Assembly (NCBI GenBank): GCA_036172245.1
Contig: JAYWIR010000011.1
Coordinates: 1,674,001-1,738,000, forward strand
Direction: 5' to 3'
DNA length: 64,000 nucleotides
Source: Raillietiella orientalis
Taxonomy: Eukaryota
In this document: positions 1 to 15,313 of the stretch, piece after piece
Position numbering within the stretch: position 1 is the first letter of the stretch
Layout: every line of letters begins with the position of its first letter
Made by a program: the position numbers and the translations under genes
The notes under the pieces: generated by a model
What the model saw: the letters and a program-made list of their open reading frames with translations, nothing else
Databases searched by the model: none
What the model was told of the DNA's origin: nothing

Positions 1-2038
1 TTGGTTACCTTAATAAAAGTGCTTTTTGTTCATGTATCCGAAGCACACTCTTCAGGTCGTGGAAAAGGAAGCTGACCGCCATGCTCATTCGCTCCAGCGA
101 GATTTTCAAAGAAGTTCTTTCTCTGTAGGCGAAAGGCAACCAAAGGCAAAAACTGACACCAATAAGTTTTTCTGGATTCCTGCACGTGAGCCCCAGCTCG
201 AGTGACCGGAAGTTCCAGAAAACAGCCGTCTCTATTTCTAACCCATTCGGCGAGCTTTGCTGAGCAGAGTTGTTGTCCACCAGCGCTGTGGTGAAAGCGA
301 GCGCACAAACCACATCGTGGCGAAGAGGCCAAAGGAACGGAACACTGCTGCTGCTCATGCTGCCCTTTACGGGCTGCAACCGGTTTGAATAGGTACAGGC
401 ATATAAGCTGCATACAACCGCATAGGAACACTGCGGCGCCTGACATCGATTTCTTCTTTACAACGATGCCGTAAAAGCTGCATGCTTCTTGCGTCGTACT
501 TTAATTCCATGGGGAAAAAAAAAAAAAATGGAATACAGATTATTAGTGACTTTCGTGCCTGCCCACAATTGGATGTTACTTAAGAAACCGTTGCATATCT
601 TTTCGTTGCAAACTCGTCAGCAAGAACTTTGCCGTTGTACATAAATCATCGTGCTTTCAAAGGTCTTGGGTGCCAACATCATCACACTGTAGCCAAAGAC
701 TGGGCGGTCGAGGAGAGTCGGCTTGAAATTGTACACCTCGACTGACACAAAGCAATCCGACGAAACGATCCGAAAATGCCAGCGATGTGCGAAAAATCCG
801 GCAAACTGGTTACCACGACAACCTTCCGACCCTCGACGGTCCTCCGTTTGACGTAACGACCTCTTAAGAGAGCACCCCGGATTTCGCTTCCTCTATTTTG
901 CCCCCGCATCGGAACAGATGGCCACGCAAAGGAATAACCCCTGAATAATACATGAAATATCTGGGCTGTTCCGTGCGCGTGGTTCCAATACAAATTAATG
1001 ATAAAATGCTGGGCATTTGTCAAAAAAGAATTCGCACGCCAAGGGCACATGCAGGAGGTTACTGAGCCACCGCTGCACTTGAGTGTCTTTTTGCGTTGTC
1101 GCTCGTTTGCGAGACACATTTATAAAATTAGTTCAATTTTCTTTTTCTCTCTCTCTCTTCGCAACTCTCCAATTTGAAAATGGAATCCCCCCTATCCATG
1201 CTCAACCGCTCTGGCTCATTCGTTCAAGAAGCTTCCACATAAACACACACAATTTCACATCATGCTGCTGCGAAAATCAGAATACTCAATAGTGGATGGA
1301 AATACGTTCAGTGACTCTTCAACGACTCCCGACAAAAAGAATTAACTTCTCATCAGAAAAATTGTTTAAAAATTGTTGCCACTTTGAATCAACTACCACA
1401 AGTGTAACTTTTTTTTCCCCTTTGGTGACTTGCTACTACCGATATCCGATCAACTGGCATCTTACAAATTTAGCAAGTAAAAAAGAAATGCTACAAAGCA
1501 CATACACTGAACAATTATTGAAGTCACACTTTCATAGCTTTTGCCGTTTCTTTTGTCAGCACTTTGCGACGTGCGGAGGGGGGGGGGGGGGAACACAGAA
1601 TCAGTTACAAAATTCAATGACAAAAACGAAATATTTACAAGTACCAAAGTATAAACCACAAAACATGCTATACCTTAAGTGAGTTACTTCCGCCATTAAA
1701 GGGAGAATTCATGCACATTCATATGGTTCCAAAGAAATACGCTCAAAATTTGACCGAACTCGGTACTCAGAAAATGTGAAACAGTGTCTCAAAAACATGC
1801 ATTTAATCCAAGGGGGGATTAACTGATCCAGATTAGGATAAATCGAAACATTTCGTACATCGCCCAAAAATCCTGGAAGTATACGAATATAAAATTATTG
1901 TATTTGGTACTGTATTTAGCATTTCTTGTGTGTCATAATTAAGATTACATACTTCTGAAACATTTCACTGTTGACCTAACATGGATGGAATTGGCGGAAA
2001 TTGAAAAACATTTATATTTGTAAATTTAAAAGCACATA

Positions 2039-2044
2039 TTTATT
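2039..2044 (-). promoter_or_regulatory. Candidate polyadenylation signal (AATAAA) of alpha-tubulin
   Basis: TTTATT on + (AATAAA on -) about 35 nt past the stop codon, followed by U-rich sequence. Not verified by transcript data. Confidence 0.35.
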
Positions 2045-2079
2045 TAGCAAAGCAGATGCGGTCACATATGAGAATTAAG

Positions 2080-3839
<1,760 letters not shown>

Positions 3840-3879
3840 TTTGGTTTTTATTCAAAGCGCACAAACAACCCAAGTAATT

Positions 3880-4010
3880 TTGACACACAACCAGCGTTAC
3901 AGCACAGCGACACGAACACCACCAAACAATGGGCGGGACGGTACTTCGCGATCGTATATAAAAGCTGCGCTATCCACATCCGCTTCCTGTTCCTGTCCCC
4001 GCATTACCAA
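3880..4010. promoter_or_regulatory. CpG-rich core promoter region upstream of alpha-tubulin (TATA-like element, GC box)
   Basis: TATATAAAAG at 3955-3964 (+) and GGGCGGG at 3931-3937, within a local CpG-rich patch in otherwise AT-rich DNA about 100 bp upstream of the tubulin ATG. Confidence 0.5.
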
Positions 4011-4369
4011 GTTTTCCATGTCATGATTTCTTCGCATCTGTGCATTACTCCTTCTCATTCGTAATTTTGGTGAAATTATGGTGTCGACTTGGAACAGCAA
4101 ATTTTTGTAGAACAGGCATTTTGAAATGGATGCTGCAAGTGTTCTGGTTAAATATCTTGAAACATCCCAAAATAAATGGCGTATCTCTTGTGCTCAGAGA
4201 GGAGGAAAAAACAAACATCCTCGTGACGATAATAAAAACGCATTAAATACATTCAGAAGGCATTTCCTGTTTAAGTTTGATTGTCGAAACTGAATACCTA
4301 CATTTCCTTAATGAGAAATTTTTTTTTCCATATAAGTAAGGTTCAGTACAGAAATCAATTTGAGTGATG

Positions 4370-4400
4370 AGAGCATATTTTCGGTCATGAATAAGCAGAT
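4370..4400 (+). repeat. 31-bp direct repeat, copy 2 (upstream of tubulin promoter)
   Basis: Identical to 3593-3623, with patchy similarity continuing about 130 bp to the right. Confidence 0.9.
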
Positions 4401-5149
4401 GAATGGATGGTCTACATTCACTTTAATTAAAAAGGAAAAGCTGTATAGCTCCTTTATTCCGAGTACATTCAAGTGCAAAGAAAACAGTGCAATTCGAATA
4501 AGTACAAGAGCGTAAACACGATGCACGTAATTGTTTATGTAATGCAGCAAATAAATATTGGCAACCTGTATCAGTTTTTAAGACACATGGTGAGTCACTA
4601 AAATAAGTATGCAATGCTGACAAATACTTTTCATTTCACAAAATCAATCGTAAGTATTTTTCAAGTAGTGCAACGTGCTTTCCTTACGCGTTCGGTTCAT
4701 TTGACCACCATTTGGATAATGCTGGAATTGTGATGTCTTCCAACATTATCCTTCACTTTCCCTGTCTTCTAGAAAAGAATTTGGCTTTCATGCAACGTTT
4801 CTATCATTTTGTACTAGCCAGTTTCGTAGAATCTTATGAGAAAATAGTAGAAATGAATCTTTCTCTTTTGAAATGGTTATTATTAGATTATTATAAAAAG
4901 ACTTGATTAGCTTGTGCTGTTAATGCACACTCAGGTTTTTAGTAGTCTTAATTTGGAGAGGCTTTGTCATAGTCTGCAGCTTTGCATTTGCTCTCATTCC
5001 GGTTTGCAACCCTCCACCCCCACCCCACCCCCACCACTTCCGCATCCCCGTGTTTGCTTCGACTTCCGTACATTCGTTTTCCACGACACTTCGCTATCCA
5101 CAGAGATTTTACTGTGACAGAAGGGACAAACGGTGCTTTCAGCTTTCAA

Positions 5150-8000
5150 GAGTCCATGGAACCTTGCATCAATTCACTCATCAAGTAAATGATCTTTTGA
5201 AACTTCAAATTTAAATGTGTTAGTGATAATACAGTCAAATATCGAAGTTCGTACATGATTCCAAAGGCAATGAATTGGAATCTCGTTCCATTCTTCAATC
5301 AGCAGAACGATAATTGTAATTCAGAGTTGAAATTCCTACAGACATAGAATTATTCGAACTTTTTATCATGTGAATATGAAGAGAAGCCTTCAGGTATCCA
5401 CACTGTAGTCCTAAAGGCACAACACAGAGCACCGTGAATTATAGAAATACGTGTATATATTAAAGACGGTGAGAAAAGAAAAAAAAAAAAGAACTTGGAA
5501 ATTCATCACTTCCTTCTGCTTTCTAATTATTTATACGGCTACTCTGCCAAAGTCCAATTACGTATTGTATTAAGTATCACGATTTATTATCCATGCTTAT
5601 GAATGAAAGAAGCTCGAATGCCGGTCAAAGAATGGTCAGCAAACCATTTTTTTCTCTCCAGAAGTAAGAATTCTTTTCAATATTTTGGGGTACACAACCT
5701 GTATCAGATTTTTCTTACTCAGTGAACCAGTAGGTTGCTGTCAGAAGAAAATTTGCTAAAAATGGAAAAAGGCATACCATCTTCGACCACAACTAACTTG
5801 AATAACCTTCATAAAAGTTGAATGGAGGTTCTACCTTGTCCACCAATGAGTGGTTGGAAGAAAAAAAAGGAGAGAAAAATGCATTTAGAATAGGCATACC
5901 TTCTCATAACACTGCCTACTTAATCATTAGATTAGAAAAGCTTGCCATGTACAAAGTAGTGTATTCGGAAGCGAAACATCTCTAGATGTACAATCAACTG
6001 TCCCCCTCAAAGCAACAACGACGACGACTGCTTTCGATTTCAAGGAACAGGAAAAATATTTGTGCTCCAAAGTGATTGGGATGTGGAAAAAATGGAGAAA
6101 GGTACGATTCAGTACTTACTCCTTCATAAGGTTCGTTTTTAAACGAACGAATTTCGATTTTTAAAACTTTTATAGAATCGAACGTGCTCACCGGGATCGC
6201 AAGGAATTCTGTCTTCTGTCGGATCAGCAGAGATTTCCACTTCTATGCGTGTCTCCGAGGAAGAATCGGCATCCGATTCCGTCTATCACGATGAATCCCA
6301 AGTACAACCTCTCTGTGCTGAAAGAAACACATTTACAAACATTTTCAATGCCGTTTAAGAACGAACAGTGCGTTACGATTGGGAGCACCACGGTGCTGAT
6401 GAAGTATTCGAATGAGCTCCCCAGACCTTCTAAGGGTCTGAAAGGTTCACAATCTGAGGATTTGAGAAGAGATGGGAAGAGTTTTGGCCACGACATGTTT
6501 CGATGCTCTCATGGACCGGTTTCTTCTGTACCCTGGTGTGGGAGTCCTGAGCTGCGCGGCTAGAAGGTTAACCACACATTCGGTTGTTTTGATTGTGATC
6601 AAATTCGTAGAATGGTTCCTCCTTCGAGATGGCAGCTGGTTTGCTGTTCGCACTTTTGTATCTTTCTTGCAACCTCCCTGGATTCCGTTTTGAACGTTGT
6701 TCTCGTAGCTGGACGATCCCTTCTGATCCCTATTCCGTCGCCATGTACAATGCTGTTACCACGGATGCTGCCCTCCCTCTCGAGCCTTCTGTAAATGGTT
6801 GCCTGGTCAGCGTTTCTACGCAGTAGAACGGAGTGGCGTTCTGTTTGCAACTGTCTTCGTTATCGCTTTGAAAAGCTTTGAGCTGGCTACTGCGAAAATA
6901 GGCTTTCACTACACCATAAGTATCTTGCTGCCTAGGAACACGGCAATTTGGACTTAGAACCCGGAACAATTTAATCTACAACTTCTCACCCCCAAAAGTC
7001 AGCTATCGCCATGGCCTGAACCCTCCTTCCCGCTCAATTTGTAAATTTTTGCATTATTTGCTTTCATAACTGCCATGATCATGAGCGTGAACCAACGACT
7101 TGGTTGTGAAGAAACTACATTGTATTGGGAGATAGTTTGGATGTTGGATCAGCTCGGAATTACCCGGAGCAATGGAATTCCTTCCACAAAGCACTCTCCA
7201 TATTCGTTCTCACCAACCCGAGGCTGGTGGCAACGGAGAGATAGCTAACCCGAGTTTTCGAAATCCTGATCTGCCTCCACCATGACAGGTGCTTACATTT
7301 GATGCGCTCATTCTTCTTTGTTTCTTGCCAACGGGACTAAACGTCGAAGACTCTTGCTCTGGAATGCTCATATCCATAAACTCAGAACGCTGGTCATCAG
7401 CCATCGCCTGCAGATTTACTGAGCACCATCGCAGGCAGTCTATTAGCACTGGCTGATGGCCTCATGGTGTCTGCTTACATTTCGAACTTCCCTCATGAGG
7501 TGTGCTTGGTCCGTGCTCCACGGCGGCATTCTTTCTCTTCTGGTGAAAAATGCACTACATTTGTGTGCGTTTCAGACATCCGTGTCTAGTCAGGGCAGGA
7601 AGTTTGTCAGAATCCAAGGGCAGAAGAGGTAGTAAACTACTTTTATCTTTCGGCTGTCCCAATCGAATGTTAGAACATTGGCCATTCTTCCTCCTAGAGC
7701 TGAATTCTTTCTTCGATTTCAAACACAAAGCTAAACTTTTGTTTCGTATGGACAGTACTTTCTGCCTCAGCTTTCAACGGCTATTTCCTTGCTGTTTGTC
7801 CTTTGTCTTTCCCTTTCTTTGATTGTCCTCTAGCTCGCCGTCATTGTCAGATTTTTCCCTTGCAGGAACAGCGTTTCTCATTATTTTCTTTTCATACTTG
7901 AGAAATTCAGATCGAATTTGGACTTTCACCGTGGGCAGTTCCCCAAAATACCAAAATTTGCAAATTTGCATCTCCGTGTTGTTTTCTTCCATGGTTGTTT
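5150..8000 (-). mobile_element. Degenerate LINE remnant (Jockey/I-group-like ORF2 endonuclease + RT, possible ORF1 upstream)
   Basis: Minus-strand motifs in the expected order across frames: WRVLCGRNSI..SELIQ (APE N-terminus, ~7150-7200), EFDHN (SDH-like, ~6600), SWPKLF, VEDGM (G.DG-like), KILKRIL (~5680), AFRTTVW (AFD.VW-like, ~5410). Many stops and frameshifts. Confidence 0.45.
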
Positions 8001-8099
8001 CGAGAGCTGCAACAGTAATCCCTCGAGGGTACCAGACCGCTGCTAGTCTGCAGCTGCGTTCCGCTCAAACAAGGAGAGATCTTTCCCGTCTCTTTTGGA

Positions 8100-9300
8100 T
8101 GCCCGCGGGTGCAAGACCTTGCTCTCGGGAGATCAGTGCGTGTTCTCTATCCTCAGCTCAGTCCTAACATCTTTGCGGGGGAGCAATTTGCTGGGCAGGC
8201 GACAAGCGCACGAGACGAACCGGAAGGGCGTAAGACCCTCCGAAGTGGCATTTTTGGGGCTCCAGTCTGATGCAGTTGCGCTGCCATCTCGTCTGCTAAT
8301 GTTTCCGTTTCTCGCCTTTTTCCAGAGCGCAAAATTTCACGCGACGTTTTCTTTCGCACGGTCTTCGAGGGATCCTTTTCCTATCCAGAAACCTTGGGCC
8401 TGACATCTCGAGAAAACTCACACGTGCCGGAGGTGCAGGGCACTTTATTCGCACTTCCATTTCGGTATCATCGCTTCGTAGATGCGGCAAGAACACAGTG
8501 CAGCACATTTTTTTTTCCTGACTAGTCCTGCATTTTACTTTTTCCCTCGCTTCTTCCAAACGCAACGCTTATTTTCCCCATTTCTTGGGGAAAAGAGGAG
8601 GAAAGGTGATGTTCTTAAAGCAGCATTGGAGCTCCACGGATTTCGAACTTGCCTCTTGGTTTTGAAATGCCTTTTCGGTGTGTTCGCTGCCATCCATGTC
8701 TGCGCATTCTTCTTGTGGGGGATCTTCTTCCGATTCTTATTCTCATCAACAGAACAGCACGGTGGGTGGTGATTTGCCCTCACTCTTGAATCAAGAGTTT
8801 CCAATTAGAGCTCTTTATCCATTTTTTTTTTTTTTTCTCTTCCAATTATTGTAAGCCTTTTTCAAGAATTTTCTGATCGCACGATAGCTGAGGAAGATAT
8901 ATGTCAGTCGCCAGCCTCCATTCTTCCGTTCCATTCCACTCTTGCCAACGTGCTCGATAACATTCGATTCAACGGCTAACGGCACTCCTTAAAATCATTC
9001 TTCTGTCTCTTACTTTGCATACTGAGTTTCCTCAGAGGTTGGGCACTTCGGGTTATTCTTTCATAAACTTGCATGGCAATGTTCCGGTAAGACCGAAGCT
9101 TAGGGATCGTGACATCTCTCCGAGCCAAATGAAATTAGTTAAAATGAAACAAGAAGGAAGACAGAGGAAAATACAACAACAAAAAAAAAAAAGCATTGTG
9201 AATTTGCTTACGGCAATTCATTTTGTTCCCTCATTTGCTTCTGGATAATTGTTCAAACCGTTTGCTTCAACGAAGTAAATCCAGCTTCACCTGCTTTATT
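8100..9300 (-). mobile_element. Degenerate LINE endonuclease remnant (RTE-like)
   Basis: IAMQVYERIT (QVYAPT-like, ~9070), ANHHP (SDH.P-like) and TWMAANT on the minus strand. Confidence 0.3.
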
Positions 9301-9449
9301 ATGCCCACGCTAACGTGTTTGTCCCGAGGTTTCCATGGTTTCCCCAGGTGCAGGCGTCTCGCTGGCTCACGAGGGGAAGATGAGACTCAGAGGTGCACCT
9401 CGCTTGGACGATGCCCGTGAGATTGTGACTTTTTTTTGCGAATAATCTC

Positions 9450-9970
9450 ACTTCTCCTTTGAACTTTGAAAGTACGATGACGGTCAAGTAGAAAATACCT
9501 GAAGCTTTGGGAATATGCGAGCAGCACCATGTAAGAGAAGAATGCAGTGCACGCATTCCAGTAGAAGCCGGAAAATTTTCACGTGTTCCCGCTTTGATGC
9601 TATTGGGAAACGTCTGTGGTTGTAAGAGACGGGAGTAAACCTAGTTTTGAATTCACACATGCGATAACACCAATGCAAAAAACTTTGGAACAGAAGGGAT
9701 CGTAATGCATGAAATTTAAGAATACCTTTTTCAAATAGATACTGTATACCTTTCGATTTTTTCCATTCCTTTTCGTAGATAACTGTGAATTTCTTCCGCA
9801 GAAACTGCCAATTGCTTCAAGCAAATCGAAATCCAGAGCGAAATTCTTCTAGAGTTCTTTCCATAGAAGAATTCATCTAGTGCTTCGTTGCGTTTAGCAG
9901 GGAGAATCCTTTGCTCTCTATTAATTGTTTTTCCTTTTCTACTCTGAAACAGAACGTCGCTTTCCATTCA
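9450..9970 (-). mobile_element. Degenerate LINE reverse-transcriptase remnant
   Basis: RISLWISICLK; KVYSIYLKKVFLNFMHYDPFCSKVFCIGV (resembles IYLD..KAFD.V.H..LL.KL..G); TTDVSQ (SGVPQ-like); ILLLHG (LLYADD-like), in order. Confidence 0.45.
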
Positions 9971-11705
9971 GCTGGAGTTGATCACAAAGGAAGAAGCAAA
10001 AAACTAAAATTCAAGAGAAGACGCATGGAATGAATTTGGACTTCGTACCAAAGCTTTCTGAGAGACGCTAACGAGGAATACCATGGTCAAGAAGAAACGG
10101 AGTACTGTAGTTAATGATACGTGGACTGCTTGCTCAGAGTTGAGGTGGCACAGGGACTAACCACACAAAGCCCAAGGAATTCACCTTTGTCCTCATCTTG
10201 GACACAAGCCCAAGGAAACAGAGTGAAGCTGCCTCTGGACTTGCATTCTTTAATTCACAATCTATTTCTAAATTATTCGGTTTGCTCATTTCTGTTTTAG
10301 AGTGAACTGTAGCACGTGCGGCATTATTATGGTTCTCACTGCTACTCTCATTTCCATTAAGAGAAGGCATCCTTATTTGGTGAAGTATAAGCGAAACGGG
10401 TACACCCTTTACTACGCTTGAAAACAGGGCATCGATTTTCTTGCAGCTGAAACAAGTCCAAGATCAGGTCAAAGGTGAACCTGTCAAGCTTTCGGGGTTC
10501 CTGCTACAAGCTCTACGGACCGAACCCTCAAATGTACGCGACGAGTTTGCTGATGCCTTGATTCATCCGGACTCGAAAGGAAAGAGAGTGTGCGAGCAAT
10601 TCTTGACTGGATGCTGAAAATCTGAGATGCTTGTGCCGGATTCGCAGAGACGTTCTTGGTCCTGAGACCAAGTACCACTGAGCCAAGATACTCCAAAGGT
10701 GAGGAGGAAAGGAAAGCAGACTGTTCGAGACGGAATACTTGGGAAGGACGATCAACTGCATGAAAAAATAACGAAAAAGATGGTGATTTTCCTGTTGCCT
10801 CAGAAACAGAGGAAATACCCAGGTAAGAGTCTGTCTTTCGGTGATGCTAAACAAACAAGGAAGACGCTCTTAAGACTGTGATGTCATCAATATTGTCATT
10901 CACATATGACGCAAACTCCTCGAACTCTGGTAACATGCATCACCTTCAGTTCGCTTGGACCCCGCTGTTGTCTAAAGATTCACTCTTAGGTTCGAATGAT
11001 TTTTTTGTTTTCCTGAATAGGAGTGTAAGAAAACGCAACACTGAGAATGCATCCCCCACGAACCTACATGCTACGTCTATTTATTTTTTTCTCACTTTGC
11101 TCAGAGGGCAGCAACACTAGTCTTTCGATTTAATACAAGGCTGCGCAGAATCGGACGGATCTGCTATTCTTGTTTCCATGTTTATACGCTGCGAGGTTAC
11201 TCCGAGAGACATTCATTTCCTTTTCAGATTCATAGCGATGAGGCATCCAACAGACTCATCCGGAAGCCATCATGAAGAAGGGCGAAGAGGTGAAGGAAAG
11301 GTTTCGCTCATTCCTGGGCATCCGAAATTTCATTCAGAAGGATGAGGGTATCCAGCATCCCTGCATTTTGGCTACGGACCACCTCCTAGATGAGGTCAGC
11401 CGAGCTCAAAAGAAGGAAAAAGAAAAAAGAAACTCGTGTGAACTTCTCAAGGGGGGGCAGGGATTACACGTCTTCTTCAGAGAAGCAACAAGTTCACAGT
11501 TGAATACGACAACTCCAGCAACCGTAATTCGAGGCGAGCACAGGACAATGCCTGCGGATCCGAAAGCATCAAGAGTGAGCGCACAGAACGACTTCATGCT
11601 GTTTCCTTTGACTACTCAGGGTTGATGTAGTTCTTTCTACTCAGGGTGCTACAAGCTGCCTTCGCATCCCGGGTAGCCGGGACATTTAATCCTGGTTACT
11701 GATTC

Positions 11706-14660
11706 TATTTATTTATTAAAGGCAAACACATGAACTCTATGGAGCTGGAGAAGGACCAGCACTAAAGACGACTACCCTCTCTGGAGCGGAACTGGGAAGG
11801 AAAGGAGTCCGTTGGATCAGCATTACGGTACCCGAGGGCGTGCGCCGGGAAGGGAAGGGAAGGAAGTCATATTGCCTTAACGGGTGTTGGATCAGTCAGC
11901 CGCCGACGATCGTACCAAGGCACCCTTGCACCTCAAATCCCAGATCCGAAAAGCTAGGTGCCTTTCGCCTGAAGGAGATGGCTCCGGTACGACGGCCACG
12001 ACTTTCCTCCATTTTGGCCATCACCGTTGCCCACACGGCAGAGCATCGCAAGTGCTGAGGTGACAGGCAAACCTGAAGAAGTGGACGTTCATCTAGACAG
12101 GTTCCAAAGGACGGCATCGTGGAACTGGCTGTGCGCGCCCAGCCCTGACGCAGTCTTTCTCGTGCAAGAAGCACATGCGGCAGGGTTCCCGCTATCGTTC
12201 AGCGAGCAACGGTAGCTTTCCTCGTTACCGGGGCCGACCCCGGCAACTCTGGCAACATGACGACATCCAAGTTACCTAGAGGGAGGACGCGAGCGTCGAC
12301 AAAGCGCTGTCCGGACGATGCCGAGACGACTTCACCTCTTGAGCACGCGGACCAGCGTCTGTTTGGGCCTCTTTCTTCGAGGAAACGCGGAGGAATCTGA
12401 CTCCAGCACACCGGAGAACCGGATTTCGTTCGACATCCCCTCGGGACATTCTCGTGGGGCTTCGTACCACGTGCATGTCCCCACCACGCCCTCTGCAGCC
12501 GTGCAGCGGCGTGCTTCCGGGGTCCTAAGCGTCGGTGCCTCCAGTTCGTGGAAGGGCCGCATCTTTCCGTGAGGATTCGGGGCGCCATCGGAAGGAGGGC
12601 GACTCGCAGGCGGACGCCGCAGGCTCCATGACCCCGTCGAGGAAGGAGGATGCAGCGCCGGCATCCCGGCGAGCCGAGAACCGCTCAGGAGAGGTGGGGA
12701 AGCCGGCTCGCAGGTCGCAAGCGCGCGAGGAAGGAAGGCAGCAGGTGCATCGAAAGGGGGGGGGGGGAAGGAGGCGAAAAGACAGGGCTGCCTTTCCTTT
12801 CCGGTCGGTCGGTCGGTCCTGATGGCGACTTCCGCTTGTGCGGCCCCTGCGCAGGGAAGACACGCAGCAGTCAGGCTGGCTGCTGCTGCTGCTGCTGTCC
12901 GGTTAGCGTCCCGTCGCTGCTGGGGAAGCGGCGGTGAGCATGCGTCAGGCCAGCACGCGCGAAGAATGGCCGTAGCCTTCTCCGTGCTGGCAGAGACCTA
13001 CAATCCCGGAGGTCGCGGAGGACATCCGGAAGAGGAAGGGAGCGCCGTCGCCGCCGCCGTCAAGCTGCATTTTTCTTTCCTCCCTTCCGCTGGCGCTGCA
13101 GCCACCACCGCTGCCTAGTCCCCGTGAGAGTGAGCGTTTCTTTCAGGGGGCACGAGCTGCGGGTCGGCGTGGCAAATCCAAGAGCCGGTAGGGTCTTGGC
13201 CTGGGTCGGCCGTCGACGGCGAGGAGCGTTGGCTCAGTGACGGTCGGTTTGCAAGCGACCTTTTTCCGTAGCCGAAGACTCGTGCAGCGCCCGTCGTTCT
13301 GTATCCCTCGTTGAGGCAGCGGGAACGGGAAGGGAGCGAGTGGTGGCCATGGATCCCGAGTCGGAAAACTCCAGGCAGTGGCAGGTGACTGGGGAAGGGA
13401 GGAAGGCCGTGGCTGGCTGACCTGAGCAGCTTCACTCAATGCAGGTCACAGCCTTCGTCCTGCAAAGATTTCAGCAATAAGACTTCCGGGTTTCGATCGG
13501 GTGACCCTGGTTCCACCGGAGCGTTGACCCTATTCTTGAAAGTTTTCTTTCGAGGGTTCTGCTCGCAGCCACCATGTGACCGCATCTGTGCATACGATCC
13601 CAGCACTGACGGCGCCGCAGCTGGGAGAGGGACGTGCCGTCTGACGCACGTCCTCGTCCGGAGGCGAGTGTTCCTTCCTTCCCACAGTCTGGCAGGCACC
13701 AGCCACCTCGAAAGGCGGTGCGGACTTGGAGTGACCCGGTTTCCTCTCCATGGCAGGGCAGGTGCCGCTATCCCCGGCAAAAGCGCACTCGCGCGCTCCC
13801 CTCCCTTCTGCCATGCGCGCAACGGATGGTTCTCCTTCCTGCCGCACGTGCGCATCGCGTTGACTGCGCAGCCACGCGGTCGAGTAGCTACACGGGTGCT
13901 CGCGCACAGCTCTCTCCCCACCCGCTTCGGCGCCAGCACTCATCGCGGGATCTTTGGGACGAGGACGCGCTGGGGGAGGGCAGAGGGGGGGAGGGGGAAT
14001 AAAGACAGCAGGGTGGAACGGGAGCGTGAACGAAAACGGGGAGACTGGGATTCACGAGGCGGGTTCCCGCCTGCAGCAACCAGAGGGAAGATAACTAAAC
14101 CCAGCAGTGACTCCAAGAGCATTTGGTCCATGCGCAGCCTCTGATCGGGTGAGGGTGTAACCTGGGTACCCGGGCAGGACGAGCCAACAGATGCCCTCGG
14201 AAACGTCTACTCGAGAGGTCCACGCTCGCTCCAGCTCCCCAGGACGCGCGCAATGCACCCTTGCAGAGGAGCACCAAGCGAAGGCGCGGCCTAAGTGGGT
14301 CCACTTCCTCCATCTTCTCACTTTCATCCGGCGGAGAGCGTTCGAGACTGTCCATCCGTCCACGGAGCATGGCTCAGGGAGTTTACCGTCCACCCAGAAA
14401 TGGTCGTCGATCCGATCCGGGTGGAAAGACGCGCTGCGCGTCACGAAAGAGTCACGCCCGCACATCCTCGCGTAAGCAGCTCCATCCCCAACGCCTTCCG
14501 CGAGCGAAGATCTGGCAGCCCGGAACCCAAGGCAGCGCGCGGGTCACCGGACCGGGACGAGTCAAGGAGGCTCCACACGTTGGGGGGTAGCCGACGACCT
14601 CCGGTCAGACACGGGGGCACCCGAGGTCGACTCGAAGTTTTGCCCCGCTTTGGCGGCTCC
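11706..14660 (-). mobile_element. Degenerate L1/Tx1-like LINE (ORF2 remnant with 3' TAAA-repeat tail)
   Basis: Minus strand: DRIDDHFW (APE SRID-like), GPNAL, VRQTARPSP (GVRQGCPLSP-like), VCTDAVT (YADDVT-like), CQSC...TLPHVLL....W (C-terminal zinc knuckle), ending in TAATAAATAAATA at 11718-11706. Confidence 0.55.
12059..13430 (+). repeat. 1372-bp direct repeat, copy 1
   Basis: Near-identical to 27506-28877 (offset 15447; I found about 4 substitutions). The ORF track shows the same ORFs in both copies. Confidence 0.97.
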
Positions 14661-14669
14661 AAGACGGAA

Positions 14670-15313
14670 GAGTCCTTTCGAGTTCGCCTACGAAGTGCAA
14701 GAGGAACGGAATTCTCCCTCCGGAGTCCTTCCTGGATTCATAGTGTGATCCCCTCCCGCGGTGACCCCCTAACTTGATCCGGCCCTTGTGGTCGCGTTAC
14801 GCAACGGCCCTTGTTCCACCGAAAGACAATCCCAGGGACGTGAGAAGCGCCTCTTCGTGAGTGGTGCCCTTTCGCCTGCCGCATTCCCAGCAGTCTGCCT
14901 GCCTGCTGCTGCTTACACGGGATTGCAGCAGCCTGGAGCTGCGCGAGAGGAGGAGGACGGCGAGACAGGGGCGCCATCTGCTTCGTCCTGGACTTCCTGC
15001 GGACGGCAGCAAGATGGCCCCACCTGGTGCCCACTCGGATGGAACTTGCCGGCGTCCTGGAAAGGATGCAGATGACACGCTCAGGCTCGCAGTGATCCCT
15101 TCCCTAATCCTCCCAATTTTTTGTATATATTCTCTTTTGTTTTACTTTTATTTTTGCTTACCCCCTTTCCTTGCCCGTCCCGAGCGTTTTCGGACAATGT
15201 AGGGCCGATGACCCTACACCTGTATATTTATTTTGTATAACAAACGTCCCAGAGTGACCGGGTAATGGCCCTAACTTGAAGGTTCACACGCACCCTCGGG
15301 TGTCGTGGACAGC
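14670..15313 (+). mobile_element. 3' part of the SINE family, split by a 491-bp insertion
   Basis: ttcctggattca...ccctaacttga | aggttcacacgcaccctcggg matches the 3' ends of the copies at ~38220-38378 and ~51780-51897. Confidence 0.6.
14778..15268 (+). mobile_element. 491-bp insertion flanked by an 11-bp target-site duplication (probably a 5'-truncated retroelement)
   Basis: CCCTAACTTGA at 14767-14777 and 15269-15279. Uninterrupted SINE copies carry this motif only once. The insert has a GC-rich part followed by a T-rich 3'-UTR-like part and no TIRs. Confidence 0.65.

Noticed and set aside
5..510. Minus-strand ORFs ending at a donor-like AG|GTAACC near position 9
   Set aside because: Could be an exon of a neighbouring gene, but there is no recognisable protein motif and no clear acceptor or frame.
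10699..11625. Donor CAG|GTAAGA (~10823) and acceptor tttcag (~11227) with charged + strand ORFs
   Set aside because: Joining gives early stops in the frames tried and no recognisable domain.
15198..15250. CCGATGA...CAAACGTC resembling a Penelope-type hammerhead core
   Set aside because: Both conserved boxes are mutated (CUGANGA and GAAA are required), stem II is unconvincing, and CCGATGA sits in the loop of a competing TGTAGGG/CCCTACA hairpin.
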